DNA of 55,059 nt, counting the filler, from Dirinaria sp. TL-2023a (lineage: Eukaryota), in NCBI GenBank assembly GCA_051941275.1. It is 3 parts of 3 records of this genome, joined end to end, with 100 filler letters (N's around TTAATTAATTAA, not from the genome) between each part and the next. Parts side by side here need not be neighbours in the genome. Positions count along the whole stretch, not along the records: positions 18,449 to 36,715 come from JAVEBF010000390.1; positions 36,816 to 55,059 come from JAVEBF010000391.1; 1 more part is not named here. One strand, written 5' to 3'. The notes under the pieces were generated by a model that was not told where the DNA came from, did no database searches, and saw only the letters and a program-made list of their open reading frames with translations. This document shows positions 36,204 through 48,000 of this stretch, piece after piece. Numbering within the stretch: the stretch's first letter is position 1; each line of letters begins with the position of its first letter. Both the position numbers and the translations under genes were made by a program.

Positions 36204-36354
36204 GGGTGGCATGGTCTAGTGGTAAACACTGCGGCCACCCAAAAATCCCAATGAAGCCGAAATCTGGTCCATGTCCTTATAGTACAGGGGAAAACCAGGA
36301 GGGATTTGGTAAGGAGCAGCCTGCAAAGGCGGCCCTGAGCTTTTGCCATTTTTT
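36204..36354 (+). ncRNA. Candidate Pol III-transcribed structured non-coding RNA (~150 nt), family unassigned
   Basis: TAAATAAAA at 36176-36184; A box TGGTCTAGTGG at 36212-36222; stems GGGTGGC/GCCACCC, AAATCCC/GGGATTT, CTGGT/ACCAG, GCCT-GCAA-AGGC; T6 at 36349-36354; GC-rich island in AT-rich flanks. Confidence 0.55.
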
Positions 36355-36598
36355 ACTAAATATCATTTACTTGATCTATAATAGACTTTAAGATTTCAAA
36401 AAAATGTTTGACCTCAGGCCGATTCGAATCGGTGTCCTGGCGGACTTTTGGCCCCTGATCTGCTTTTCAGCCCTGCCAAGAGCCCGGGGCGCGAACGCGT
36501 ACCTTACATATCTTCAGCAGGGGAAAGTTTCTAAGACATCGACTGGCCAAAGGCAATACCAACAACGCTGCATCATAAATTAGATCTATTCTGTTCCC

Positions 36599-36992
36599 AT
36601 GACGAAGAATCCTCCTCAATCCTCAAAGCTTCTCCCCGTGCCTCTTGCAATGAGCACCACATCGGAGCCTACCGCCTCCCCTGTACCGCTCCGCCCCTCG
36701 TCCCCCACAAAGCACNNNNNNNNNNNNNNNNNNNNNNNNNNNNNNNNNNNNNNNNNNNNTTAATTAATTAANNNNNNNNNNNNNNNNNNNNNNNNNNNNN
36801 NNNNNNNNNNNNNNNGAAGGGGGGGTTGGTGGTTGTGGCGGGCAGGGTGGTGATACAGCAGCAGCAGCAGTAGTAGCGGATGATCTCAAACGGATATCGC
36901 GCGAAACGAGAGAGTTCGTGAGGAAATACGACTGGAAAGGCGAAAGCATCGACTGGTTTCTAAATGCATTGGATCATCATCGGCTTAGATGA
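36599..36992 (+). CDS. Probable protein-coding gene interrupted by the assembly gap (only the N- and C-terminal ends visible)
   Basis: An ATG-initiated frame MTKNPP...MSTTSEPTASPVPLRPSSPTKH runs into the gap. After the gap a 58-codon frame EGGVGGCGGQGGDTAAAAVVADDLKRISRETREFVRKYDWKGESIDWFLNALDHHRLR ends at TGA 36990-36992. Confidence 0.45.
36716..36815. other. Artificial assembly spacer N44-TTAATTAATTAA-N44
   Basis: Same 100-nt layout as 18349-18448; linker at 36760-36771. Confidence 0.97.
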
Positions 36993-37037
36993 GATCATCA
37001 GAACAGGAAAATATCTCTCTCCGAATCCGTCGCTGTG

Positions 37038-37059
37038 AGAGAGAGAGAGAGAGAGAGAG
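37038..37059 (+). repeat. (GA)n microsatellite
   Basis: About 11 perfect GA units read directly. Confidence 0.9.
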
Positions 37060-37448
37060 AAAAGCGCCCCGTTAAAGCCTTCATCTCGCTAACCCTTTCT
37101 CTCTGTATTCTAAGGAGCTTGCTTGCTTGTTGAATTGATACAATACACGCTTTTTTCATTGGGTGGGGGGGTGTTATGATATGTAAAGTACAAGCCATTC
37201 CTACAACTACATTTGATTTTCGCAATACCCCATCTTGATGATCATCTCATGATATGTTTGTTTTGCACACAGCAGCCAGATCGTGTCCACCGTAGGGTGT
37301 CTGCTCCTCTCTCTCTCTCGCCTCCGTCCCAGTTCGGATCCCAAGGGGGGATCAGGCCAAGGTACCCAAAGGATGTGCGACTTCCGTGCTCCTCGTCGTG
37401 GATTGGTGATTTGAGAAGAGAAGAAGGGGGTTTCTATTTTCTTTCTTT

Positions 37449-40400
37449 TCAAGGAGGTGACTGCGCCAGACCGTTCATCCTCGCATTCGCATTCGGCCCC
37501 AGCATGCTGGGTATGGGCTTTCTCGTGGCTCGGGCGGTGTTGATTCGAGGCACGCCTTGGAAGACGCGGGGCTCTTTCATGAGTGTGGGGTCGAGTTTTG
37601 CGGGAGCTGTTTATGTATCTCGCGTTAGCCACACAAGTAGTAGAAGGGAGGGATTAGTACGCTCTCTGGATGGATGGATGGATGGATGGATGACTGACTT
37701 CGAGTTACTATCGACCTGTAGTCTCCGGGAATCTTGCCCTTCGGTGGGTTGGCAGCTGCAGTCCGCCAGAGGTGATCGGTCGTGTCCGACAAGAACTCCG
37801 TCTTCGACTTGCTGAATATTGAGGTCCGGCCGCGGTTCCGCTTTGACAGTATGACCTGGTCGAACAATGCAATGTTTGGATCACTGGGGCTCTTGGTTTC
37901 ACGCTCGTGAATGAACTCGTTAAAACCTGTCACCCCGACCATCAGTCATTGCGGTTTTTCTGGGGGAGGTCCAGGCAACATACCTTGAGTTTGTCGCAAC
38001 ACCTGCATGTAATCAGCGTTTTCATGGGGCAAGCTGCGGAGAAAGCCATCCAAGTTGAAGCGGTACAGCATTCCCGACTTCTTCTGTTCATTCGTCGGAG
38101 GGCCCATAAACTTTCGGTAAGTGTAAAATAGACTTGCAAAGCACCGGACAAACGCTGCCCGTACTTGCTCCGGATGAAACGCTGCTGGGCATGGGAGACA
38201 GACTTGCGGTGCGCATCGTCCGTGCGCACTGACTGGGCATCCCGAACATTTGTAAATACCGCTCTCAGCTTTTTCTTCACAAATCGAGCACACAGACCGC
38301 TCATCGCGAGCCCGCCATTGGAGGCAATGGCCTTCAATCCACTGCGTGGTCTCGTTGTTCCGGACTGGTTGCATTAACAGATTAGGCATTATAGTAGAAG
38401 CAGCTAAAGTCGACTGCGCGTATGTAGAAGGCGCATAGTTGGAAAAGCCATGACTGTCGGTAGATATCGTGGCCATGGAAAAGCTTGAGGAATGGCTGGA
38501 GGAGTGGCCACTGAGGGGTATGCTTGGACGACGAGCGTTAGGGTGTCTATCTACAGCATAGGTAGAACTTCGTTTCGAGAGACCATCGAACTGGCCCGAG
38601 CGCTTCTCTCGTAATGTGCTCTGTATAGCAAACCCAGAATCGCTACGAGATACAGGTGTAATGGGCAAAGGTGGGAAGGACTGGGACAAAGGCGATTGGG
38701 TGGGAGACGGCGGCGAGCTAGGCTTGGTAGATCTGCTTGTGGAAGGTCTCTCAATCGTCGTGCGAATGATGTTTGACGGTAAGAAGGCATTGAATATAGG
38801 AGGCTGCAGAGAAGAGCCCGGAGAATTCTCCCCGAACGAAGCCGAATTCAGGTTGACGAACTTGGCAAGCGAGGTTGGCGATGGGAAGCCGTTGAAGATT
38901 GATGCGCTCTCGGACGAAAACGCATCGTGCGGGTAAGATTCGACAGCATAAGCAGGAGGCCCTTTAGGCACACCAAAGCGGTTGTGGTGAGGTGCAGCTA
39001 CTTGCAGAAGAGATGTAAGTTTTCTCCTCTGTTGCCTTGGCATCGGGGTTGGACGCGTCGTAGATTCGATTTCATCTTGGTCTAGATCCACGAGGACGAA
39101 ATCATCTTCTGGAAGCTCGACCTTCTCGTATCGCCGCTCAATGCCGACGATGTAGGGACAGGGCGCCTCAAGTGCTTGTATTAACCGTGCAGGGAGAACC
39201 GGGATAAAGACGCCAGCCCAGGTCATCGGATACAGCAGCTCAATGAGTGCCTTGCTGGCTAGATGGAGCATTGACGTGTGCGACGACAGAAGGATGATTC
39301 GTGACTCCGCAAGAGCGAACTGTCCAAAATGTCAGTGGATGAGATTGGGGAGTTGCTTTGTGCGTCCACACACCTCTAATAGCACGACAATATTCGGGAT
39401 CGACAGCGCTCTAAATAGAGCATAGAGATCGGTCTGAACACATTATATCAGCTCACCTAAAGTCAAACCTGCTGGAAAATGCCACTTACATTACGAGAGC
39501 CTGGTAATTCATTGGGTGCTTCCTTTCGAGCAAATAGTCTCAGTTCTCGAATTGCTACCTCCACCTGAGTCTTCGATGATATGGGGCTTAGAGCCTCTGC
39601 GCATAGATTTACAACGTAACGCTCCAAAGGCTGCCACATGCCGGTTTTCGGCGAACTCGGTGGCACTCTGAGGATATTGCCATCGGTCATGGGCACGACC
39701 ACCGCTCGTAGCCATTCTTTCCAAAAGCTGGTAAGTGAAGGATCGCGACCAAGTATGCCATATGACCTAGGTATCCATAGTCCTGTTTCTCCATTCGTAA
39801 GCCCATCAATCTTTGCTGCAGCGCCATGCCTGACTGGACGCAGCAGGTCCGCCATCAGGCCTATTTTCTCTTCTACTGCGCTGATCTCGTCTTCCAATGT
39901 CTCCCGTTCGATCGACTCCGAGGCCACAGTAGGCAATCTTGCGAGCAAGCGAGATAGCTTGACCCTTTCGAGAGCAAGCCGTTCCCCCAAGCTACTAGCG
40001 AGCTCTCGCTCCTCATCTGTCATGTTGTCCCTTCTCCATTCTTCGCACCTGTGCTCCAACTCCTCCGAAGCTCGCGGGTTCAATGGTATCCATACAATGA
40101 TGCATATGCCATAAAGCCTAGAATTATCACCGGCGGTCATTGCAAAGCCATGCCATGTAGATCGTGGCCTTTCATCTGAAGAGACAATGTTGATATCGTT
40201 GGGAAATGCAAACATAGGCACATAATCTGGAAAGGCGCCCCTTCGTTTGGTTTCCTCGACCATGCTCTTTGGCGGATATCGATCCAACAACACCGGTTCA
40301 AGCCTCCGCTTCAGAGGATGTGTGTTGGCTTCAGCATTCAGAGGCTGCGGACTCGGTATGACTGAGTTGTAGTTGCTCAATCTCTTCGAAGTCCGGACTG

Positions 40401-41170
40401 AAGCTATATTACACGTTCTGTTAGCTGGCACATCCACATTCGAATGGTTGAGCAGAAAGCATTATCTTCAAATTGATCGTGTACTATGCGTCTCGGAAAG
40501 GGGAAAGCGTACATTGTCTATTTACCGACGACTGCCTCTTCATACTGCTCATATCCCGAAACGAGATCCGCCGCCTTATACTGCCAACACCGGACTTGAG
40601 TGCTGGGGCATCTTCATTGACAATCCTTTGAGTCTTCGGGCGAGGTCTCGGTCTGTTCGGAACCACCGCCCCAGCGCTCAGCGTCAGGTCAGTGAGGAAG
40701 GAATCCCTTTCCGAGGCAAACTTCTTCAGTGCCCTGTCGAAGTCCACGTCACTGAGACCTCCCGTGCCGTTTATCTGAATGCCCTTGATCGTGACACTGC
40801 TCCGATTGCTTTCCGTGCCCTTCTTCTCTGGTGTGGAAAATATTGAGGTGATGGACAATCGAGCCTCATCTGAAAGCCGCGACAAACGCTGGTAGGAGTT
40901 CCGCTTGGCCTTTCGGTTGGTTGGTGAAGGGAAATCCTGCGGCAGCCCCTCGTCCTCGGCTGCCGTATCTTCCTGAATTGTGGGTTCAGGAGGCAGGGCG
41001 TTCTCGTCTGAGACAGCGCCATCTCGGATCCAGTTCAATTGCTCACTATCGACGCCTTCGCAATCATTAGTTTAGTCCGACAACTAAAAGTGAAGGGGCG
41101 TCTTACCGGATACGAAGAACCAGTCGGCCAGCGGCGCAGATGAAGTCTCCGACTTGGTCACCGGAGCCAT
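37449..41170 (-). CDS. DENN-domain protein (putative Rab GEF) with an inserted C1-type zinc finger; multi-exon
   Basis: PLADWFFVSG, LLDRYP, PDYVPMFAFP, YGIC (uDENN); LLYPMTWAGVFIPVLPARLIQALEAPCPYIVGI..VLVDLD (cDENN); H-x12-C-x2-C-x10-C-x2-C-x4-H-x2-C-x7-C C1 motif; F.RCFASLFYTYRKF, F.EFI.ER (dDENN). Confidence 0.92.
37669..37692 (+). repeat. (GATG)n tetranucleotide microsatellite in the last DENN intron
   Basis: gatggatggatggatggatggatg read directly. Confidence 0.85.
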
Positions 41171-42811
41171 TAGCTACTCGAGTTGAAAGCAAAAGGGCTC
41201 ACATAGGAAATGCAGAACGGCAACAGTATTAGAAGCTCGTGTGCAAACAGCAACCACATCAAAACATTAACTAGTGCGAAATTCTCCTTCGCCTGTCATA
41301 CATGACGTTGAGCTAGGAGATCTCCTTTACTTTGCATGTGTACGAAGCCGGTATTATTAGTGTGAGGCTCACATGCAAGAGTGTTGAACACATGTATGCA
41401 TGATAAGTAGCCGCAGATAATGCGGTTTGACAGTGACGAAAGGCAAGGAAATGGAGGCAGATGCGACCAGCAGCGCCGCGAACGTCTGCAGGAAGAATCA
41501 AATGGCATACATGTCCAGTCGAAGACCAGATAAAACCCGTGGCAGTGGATGAGCTGCTTTGTTTTGAAATAACGCCAAATCGAATTGAACTGGGCACAGT
41601 CCGATGTTAGCTACAGCGGTTAACAATAATAAGGTAATAATAATACTTTAATGTTTGAGCACAAGCGAAGACGACATTAAAGTAAGGTAAAGCACTACAG
41701 TACTTCCTAGGTAAGGTACGAGTACGAGTACTCTTCTCACTTTCCCCCACATGAAGAATCTCAGGGTCAGAAAGGGTTGAGACCACTAAGAGTCTAGGTA
41801 AGAGGGGTGAAGGGATAGTCCCGAGGCCCCCGCCGACACCAAAGATTGTTGGCTGGCGCGCCATTGGACACGGCGCCGATCTACATTATGATTATCACCA
41901 GGAGCAGGAGGTCAAACCGCACTGGTGGACGCTCATTTCGCGTTTATACATAGTAGTGGTTGTCTGCAGGAGTACGAAACTAGGTACGAATGATACTGAA
42001 TTCTGCCCAGATCTCGGAAGTCAGGGGTCGGGAACGTGTTTGGGGATCTGGTTCACTGGTTGCTGCGGTCTGCACAATCCTCCACCTCCTCTTTTCTTAA
42101 GCGCGGGAATAATCGAGCTAAAACTCTTTTCCTCCTTTATCTAATAATAATAACGTGAGGCAAGACGGTGGAGGACGAGAACGGGAAAGGCTTGCCACTC
42201 CCAGCTTCTACCGTTCACCAAAGCCCGCCCGGCCTCGCAAGAGACGGGCCCAGACAACGCTAATCCCAGGGGCTCCAATGAAGGCGTGCGCTTCCAGTTC
42301 AGGGTCTACCGAGTGGACGCTTTGCGAGCCAGAAGAGAAACGAGAGTGGACAACTGGCCATCGGAGATTTAAGCACTTGCAGATCCTGGTGCACATCACA
42401 TCGATAGCGCAACTGTCTTACCAGTCAAACGGGAAAATGGTGTCGAGGGTGTGTTTGAAAGAGGCGCAATAACAGCTTTTCGGGCACAGTGTGCATCAAC
42501 GACTGCAGCATAAGCCTTTAAGCGAGCGGCTGTAATTTCAATGTGGGTGTCGAGGGTGTCGACTGTCGAGGTTGTAGAGCGTGTCGGGTATGCCGTATGC
42601 CTCTCCGCTGTACATTAAATTGCAGTAAGGAGGTAGTCAAGTAATCGTGCCTATAAATGGCTGCTCCGTGGTCGAATGTAGGACATTCTAAGAGTCCTCA
42701 TCAAACTACTTTTCACCACAGCCAGAGACTGAGTGACACGATCACTGCTCCGTTGGAATGACCCGACTGGTCGCACTACCGCTCCCCTGTTTTCTCACGA
42801 GCCGGAAACGA

Positions 42812-43935
42812 TCATGTTTTCTTGGTCATGAGCCAGCCAGTGTTCAGAATGCCCTCGTCTCCCATCGCCGTTCTCCACCGCATACTTAATTGGCCCAACA
42901 CGATCCGTCCATCTCTCATCTCTTTCTGGGCGTTTCCACTACCTCCAGCTTCCTGTTCGATCATGAAAGCGACTTGCACCACATCCCGAGGAACAAGGAC
43001 TGGTGCTTCAACCGCGGTCAGGTCTGATTTTCCGAAGTCCCAATTGAGCGATGTGGAACGGAAAGGTCGTTTGGGATTGAATTGCACCTGTTCAAGGGTG
43101 ATTGATCCGTCGGCCACGTTTTCCAGTTGGGCTTCGAGAGCGTAACAAGAGGCCGCCGTACCAACTGCAGGCGTGGGAGGGAAGTCTGATATCTTCGTTC
43201 GAACGCTCAGGCAGGGCTGCGAAACGAATTGATAGAGCTTCCTAAAGGTTCGCACACGACCGCTAGAAGCCGAGTTGTCCTTCGACATCGTGTTCTCCGA
43301 ATAACTGAGGCTGACGGCCAACACGTGGGTGCCTTCTTCCCGGAGGTCAAAACGGACAATCTTTTGCAAAGATCCTCCTAGCGCCGTCTGCTTCTCCGCA
43401 ATATCTTCGTCGGGGGGCGCAATGTCAAGAGGGACTGTGCCAGAGGGCGCTTGCATCTCTGCTGCCATCTTTACCCGGGTAATGACTCGTTCCGAGCCCG
43501 GTAAAAGCTCATTGTTGGCGCACAATGTGCACGAAAATGTCTCTCCCACATAAGCAGATCCGAATGCTGGTGGAAGAGTGAGCTTTAGCCGAATGAAAAC
43601 TGGTCAGCGTTTGACGTATATGGCTTGTGTAGGGCTTACGATAGGTTTTAGGAACGAATTTTCAGGGATCACATTTGGCAGATCTAGTGCTCGCTTTTCA
43701 TCGAATTGTGATGTGGACGAGGGCGGCGGGAGTGGGAAGTGCTGAGCAAGAGAGGGACGAGACAGGCTTCATAATGGTCAAGGTTATTTTATGGTTTATT
43801 ACTGTACTTGCTTGCTTACCGGAGGACTGCTGCTATTTTAGCCATATGACATGGTGTGAAGTAGGGAAGTGCGTTAGTCTGAATGGTACACGTACCTTTC
43901 AGGGACAGAGAGTGTGGCTCTTTAGGAACCTCCAT
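42812..43935 (-). CDS. TRAPPC13-like (DUF974) protein; 4 exons including a 7-nt micro-exon
   Basis: MEVPKEPHSLSLK|VLR|LSRPSL, LTLPPAFGSAYVGETFSCTLCANNE, FDLREEGTHVLAV, RTFRKLYQF, LEAQLEN, LGQL...WR..MG..G.L.TG.L. Confidence 0.9.
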
Positions 43936-44419
43936 ATAGTACACTATTATCCTAGATCTGTCGGCAGTTTGCAATTCGAACGCGTGGCAATGCTCAACAT
44001 CCTACAGGCCTACCTTGTAAGCTAATATCAGAAATCTGTAGTGGTTGTCTTGTTGTTCATAGAAGTCCACTAACCTCGTGGCTAATCCTCAACGACAAAT
44101 GTTAGTAAGGTATCCATTTAGCATTGGCAGTGCAGGTAAATCATTATTATGTGTCTTGAACCTAGATTGGCTCTGCGTCACCTACCAAAAGCATCGAAAA
44201 GCCCAAAGCTCGGTTGTTTCTTCGGGTTTGACTGCGATATCAACCTTAGCTACCTTATCGCACGAGGGGTACCTCTGAGACGGGATGGCTAGTGTCTTCT
44301 AGGGCCAAATTAGGGCCAGTATTAGCCCCGCTCCCGTCAGGCTTTCGTTCAGTCAGTCAGTGACTACCTTAAGGTAAGGTACATTAGGTAGATTGCGAAA
44401 CTAAACCTCCACAAACAGA

Positions 44420-44896
44420 ATGTCAGAAATGGGTGATCCAGCTCTTAGAGGTAGCTGCCTCTGTGGCGAAACTTCATACATCATGTCTTCCCTTCCCACA
44501 GCTCTGTCGCTCTGCCATTGCAAAAATTGTCGCCGCCACTCGGGCTCCGCCTTCTCTGCATGGCTCGACCTACCCACATCATCTTTGACCATCCGAACAA
44601 AACATGCAATGCTGGAACAGACATCTGATCTGGCTAAGCGATCGTCCTGTAGTCAATGTGGAACTCCATTATTCATGCAGTATCATTGTTTCCCGGAGAT
44701 TGTGAGCGTTGGGGCAGGAACCGTTGAAGACGACAGCCTTACCGAAAAGCTAATAAGTGGTCGATCCAACCACATATTTCTTGCCGAGAAGGCGTCTTGG
44801 TTTACTGTACCAAATGATGGATTGCCAAGGTACGAGGCCTTTCCTCCAGAGTTCACGAAAATGCTCGGTGCACGGAGGAATGGCCCCAGGGCTTAG
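44420..44896 (+). CDS. GFA / CENP-V / Mss4-like zinc-binding protein
   Basis: GSCLCG, CHCKNCRRHSGSAF, CSQCGTPLF, HIFLAEKASWF..P.DGLPRY. Confidence 0.93.
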   Translation: MSEMGDPALRGSCLCGETSYIMSSLPTALSLCHCKNCRRHSGSAFSAWLDLPTSSLTIRTKHAMLEQTSDLAKRSSCSQCGTPLFMQYHCFPEIVSVGAGTVEDDSLTEKLISGRSNHIFLAEKASWFTVPNDGLPRYEAFPPEFTKMLGARRNGPRA

Positions 44897-45097
44897 GCCA
44901 AAATCATATCATTCGAATAAACAAACCTTTCTTAGTATTTATGGAATCTGATTTCAGCCCTCTACCTACGCTTGATCAATATAGATCCTAGTGCCAAAGG
45001 CTCGTTGATTTCGTCTTGTTGGCACACTGAAGCCATACATATCCAATGGAATCGTAATCGTTGAGTGTGACAGCGTCTGACTCTGCAAACCGGTCAC

Positions 45098-48000
45098 TCA
45101 CCCACGGCTGTCTTTCCATTTTGTCCAAGCCTGCTGGAAACTGGGTTCCTCATCCGCTCTAGTTGCAGCTGCTCGTCTTGTCTCAAAGGCTTTCGATGCT
45201 CCCTCTGGAAGCGTGGCCGTAGCCAAGTCGGCGAGAGGAATCATGCTCGGCCTGCCGTGTGCACATTGGAAAGGAAAAGCACAACTAGCAAGCGTCTTGA
45301 CTAGCATGCTGCATTCTTCTCTACTCAAATGATCATTAAACATGATGGCGCTACGACAAGCTCTTGAATTCACCATCTCAATGATGCCTTGAGGACAGTC
45401 ATGAATGCGAGCGAGCCAGCTCTCTTGGGAGGTTTTGAAGAAAGCTGCGCCCTCCGCAGTTGTGTTACTGAGCATGTGCTTTTGACATCCATCAGAATCA
45501 TCCCTTTTCCATAGCTCGCTTCTGATCAACTGAATCAGCAACTTCGGGTCCAGCCTGCATCTTTCAGCAATGGCCTCAGGCAAAGCTTTCACGAAGATTC
45601 GACATTGACCTTTTGCCGGTTCTCGAGAAGATGGTTCGATGGGTTTTAGATCGAATAGGATGCCCCAATTCGCCAAATATTTAGCATGAACCAGGAATAA
45701 CCTTTGCTCACGAGCCGGGATCTCAAACATGATAGGCTGCGGAAGCCTTGTGGTGGCGACTGCTGATTGTAGGCTTTGGGCACCGACCTTGGAGCTTACT
45801 AGCTCATGACTGGATGAAACTGGCTTACATAGCTCTGCTAAAAGGCATTCAACCCGAATCCGTTCATCGGCTGCGTGCTGGTCAATCAATACAAGAAGCC
45901 GCTCGCCAGGCTCAACGCCCTGTTCGACGGTTTGACTTAATGTATTGGCGCTCATGCTTACAAATATGAACTTCTTCTCAATTTGAGCTAAGACATTGGC
46001 GGCCTGTAATTTCTCCTTCGAAAGCTTGGTAAAGGAAGACGAGGATGACTGCGTAAAGGCGCTCTGGATGTCCATCTGCGGGCAGTGGTGACCCTTTGCA
46101 GCTGCGTCCAAAGTTGGTCCTGGAAAACACAGCCGAGGCACAGGCTCTTCTGCACTACAAAAGATAGGGTTCACCCAAGCTTTGAGGAGATCACTCGCCC
46201 ATGAGCCTGTTTCTAGAAAGGTGACGGGGTCTGAAGAGCTGCGAATTTTCCTATTAAGGGTTGAAGGGCGCTTTACTCGAGCGTGTGATTGGAATTTTGG
46301 GACATTGTCGAGAGATCTTGAATAAGGCCGCTTTAATGGGCGCATCGTCGCTAGGCCCGTGCGGGAATTGATATGCACAGTGGCCTTGGAGAGTGGGTTT
46401 GTCCATGAGATGGTCCCGTCGCAGGAGAGATTAGTAGCAGCGTAATTCGCCGGAGATTCGGGCTGAAATTCTCGGGCGGGATTTGCATCGATAAACTCAA
46501 TACCATCAGTACCCTCAGCAACTCGTTCACTCTGCGCCGATCTTGTACCAACATCATTACATGGCTCAGCTTGATCACACGTCAACGGAAGTGGGCTTGG
46601 TATCGACAGGAGCTCTTCTAGAGCGTTTCGTTTCCCACTTTTGATACGACTCCAACTGCTGAAGGCGTCATTCATGGATATAGCCCTTTGAAGCAGCCTT
46701 TCTGGCATTATAACATGGCTCCCCAAAGTGTCTGGCGTTGAGACGCAGCCAGTGATAGAAATGTCTGTGCTAGAAGTCGCAGGTCTTGAAGAATATTGCC
46801 CGTACTGAGCGTTGCCCCAAACTCCAACATTAGTATTTCGCAGATGCAAAGAATGCCCGCCGGTACGCTTTTCATCCCGTGGCATCTTCAAGCGGGACAA
46901 GGTCTTGGCGGGATCTGATGTAGACTCATATTCTGCTTCTTGAGGTTTGGTATATGATCTCCGGCGGTGCTGAAAATGATGATCTTCTAGAAACTTATTA
47001 ACTGTTACCGTGATAAGTTTGCTGGCTGCTGAAAGTGTATTCTGTTTCTTCGCTAGGGGCTCTCTCTCCTCGAGAGGTGGTACTTGGTCCTCCTGAAAGC
47101 AGATACGAATGTAGAACATGGGCCACCGATCTACGCCTTTAAATCTACCCTGTTTTTGATTAGATATTAGGGCGTGATCCTCTTGTACGCTGGATACCTT
47201 TTCCTGCCTACCGAAATTCGAAGAAGCAAACAAACTATTGATTTCATCGAGAAGGATATTGGCGTCGCTACCATGATCAATTGGTTTGATGCCCAAAGAC
47301 ATAAATTGAACACGTTTTGATGGAGCCGGTTGCAGCGAGATGGCACCCTCCACGGTGACTGAAGAAGTGCGAGCGGATACTTCGACCCACGAATCCCAGT
47401 CGCACGGGTCGATATAGTTAGATTGAGACAACATAGATCGAACGAAATGAATATTGAAGGCTGGTATCTGGTCTGAAACCTCGATGGGTGGATCGACAAG
47501 AGCGTTTTTGATGTTCACGTGGATTCTGCGTCTATTTCCAGGAACCCAGACGCTAATTTTAACCGGCCTGCTCCATGCCAGGAGGAGTGCGACAACTCCT
47601 CTTCTTAGAAATTCAATTTGCCTCTCAATTTCCTTTGGATCTGCGCACTCTAGAGAGCGCTGCTTGACCCGAACTGGCATGCTACTGAAGAGATTCTGAA
47701 TACCAACTTTGGTACCATGTTCACGGCACAAAAGCTGATGATAAGCTGGAGCTGGGACTAGTCTCGCAGCCGGCCGAGAATTATGCATCACGAGGGTTGC
47801 GTGGACGCGGCTGGTATGATGGTGAGAGGTAACGGTAAGAATTGACAAGGCAGCAATAGAAGACAGAAAGGTGCCATTAAGCCCATAAGTGATATTCGAA
47901 CTACTCGATCGTGAAGTATCTGGAAATGTTAGTACCTATAGAGAAAGAGCCGAAAGCAATCACCTTACGGTACGGTTTTGCAAGACCTCCTCCCTCAAGA

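Noticed and set aside
36204..36307. HDV-like or twister ribozyme reading of the candidate ncRNA (GGGTGGCATGG start; AATGAAGCC...GGTCC...GGAGGG)
   Set aside because: The HDV P1.1/P3 elements are missing, and the twister P2 partner (TTCA) and L4 AAGC pseudoknot residues are missing.
36204..36440. tRNA gene suggested by the A box plus TTCGAAT
   Set aside because: No cloverleaf; the TTCGAAT lacks a proper 5-bp T stem and lies beyond a T6 terminator.
42155..42560. 105-aa ORF and a 14-bp direct repeat GGTGTCGAGGGTGT (42439, 42546)
   Set aside because: GTG start and no domain; two short copies are too little to call an element.
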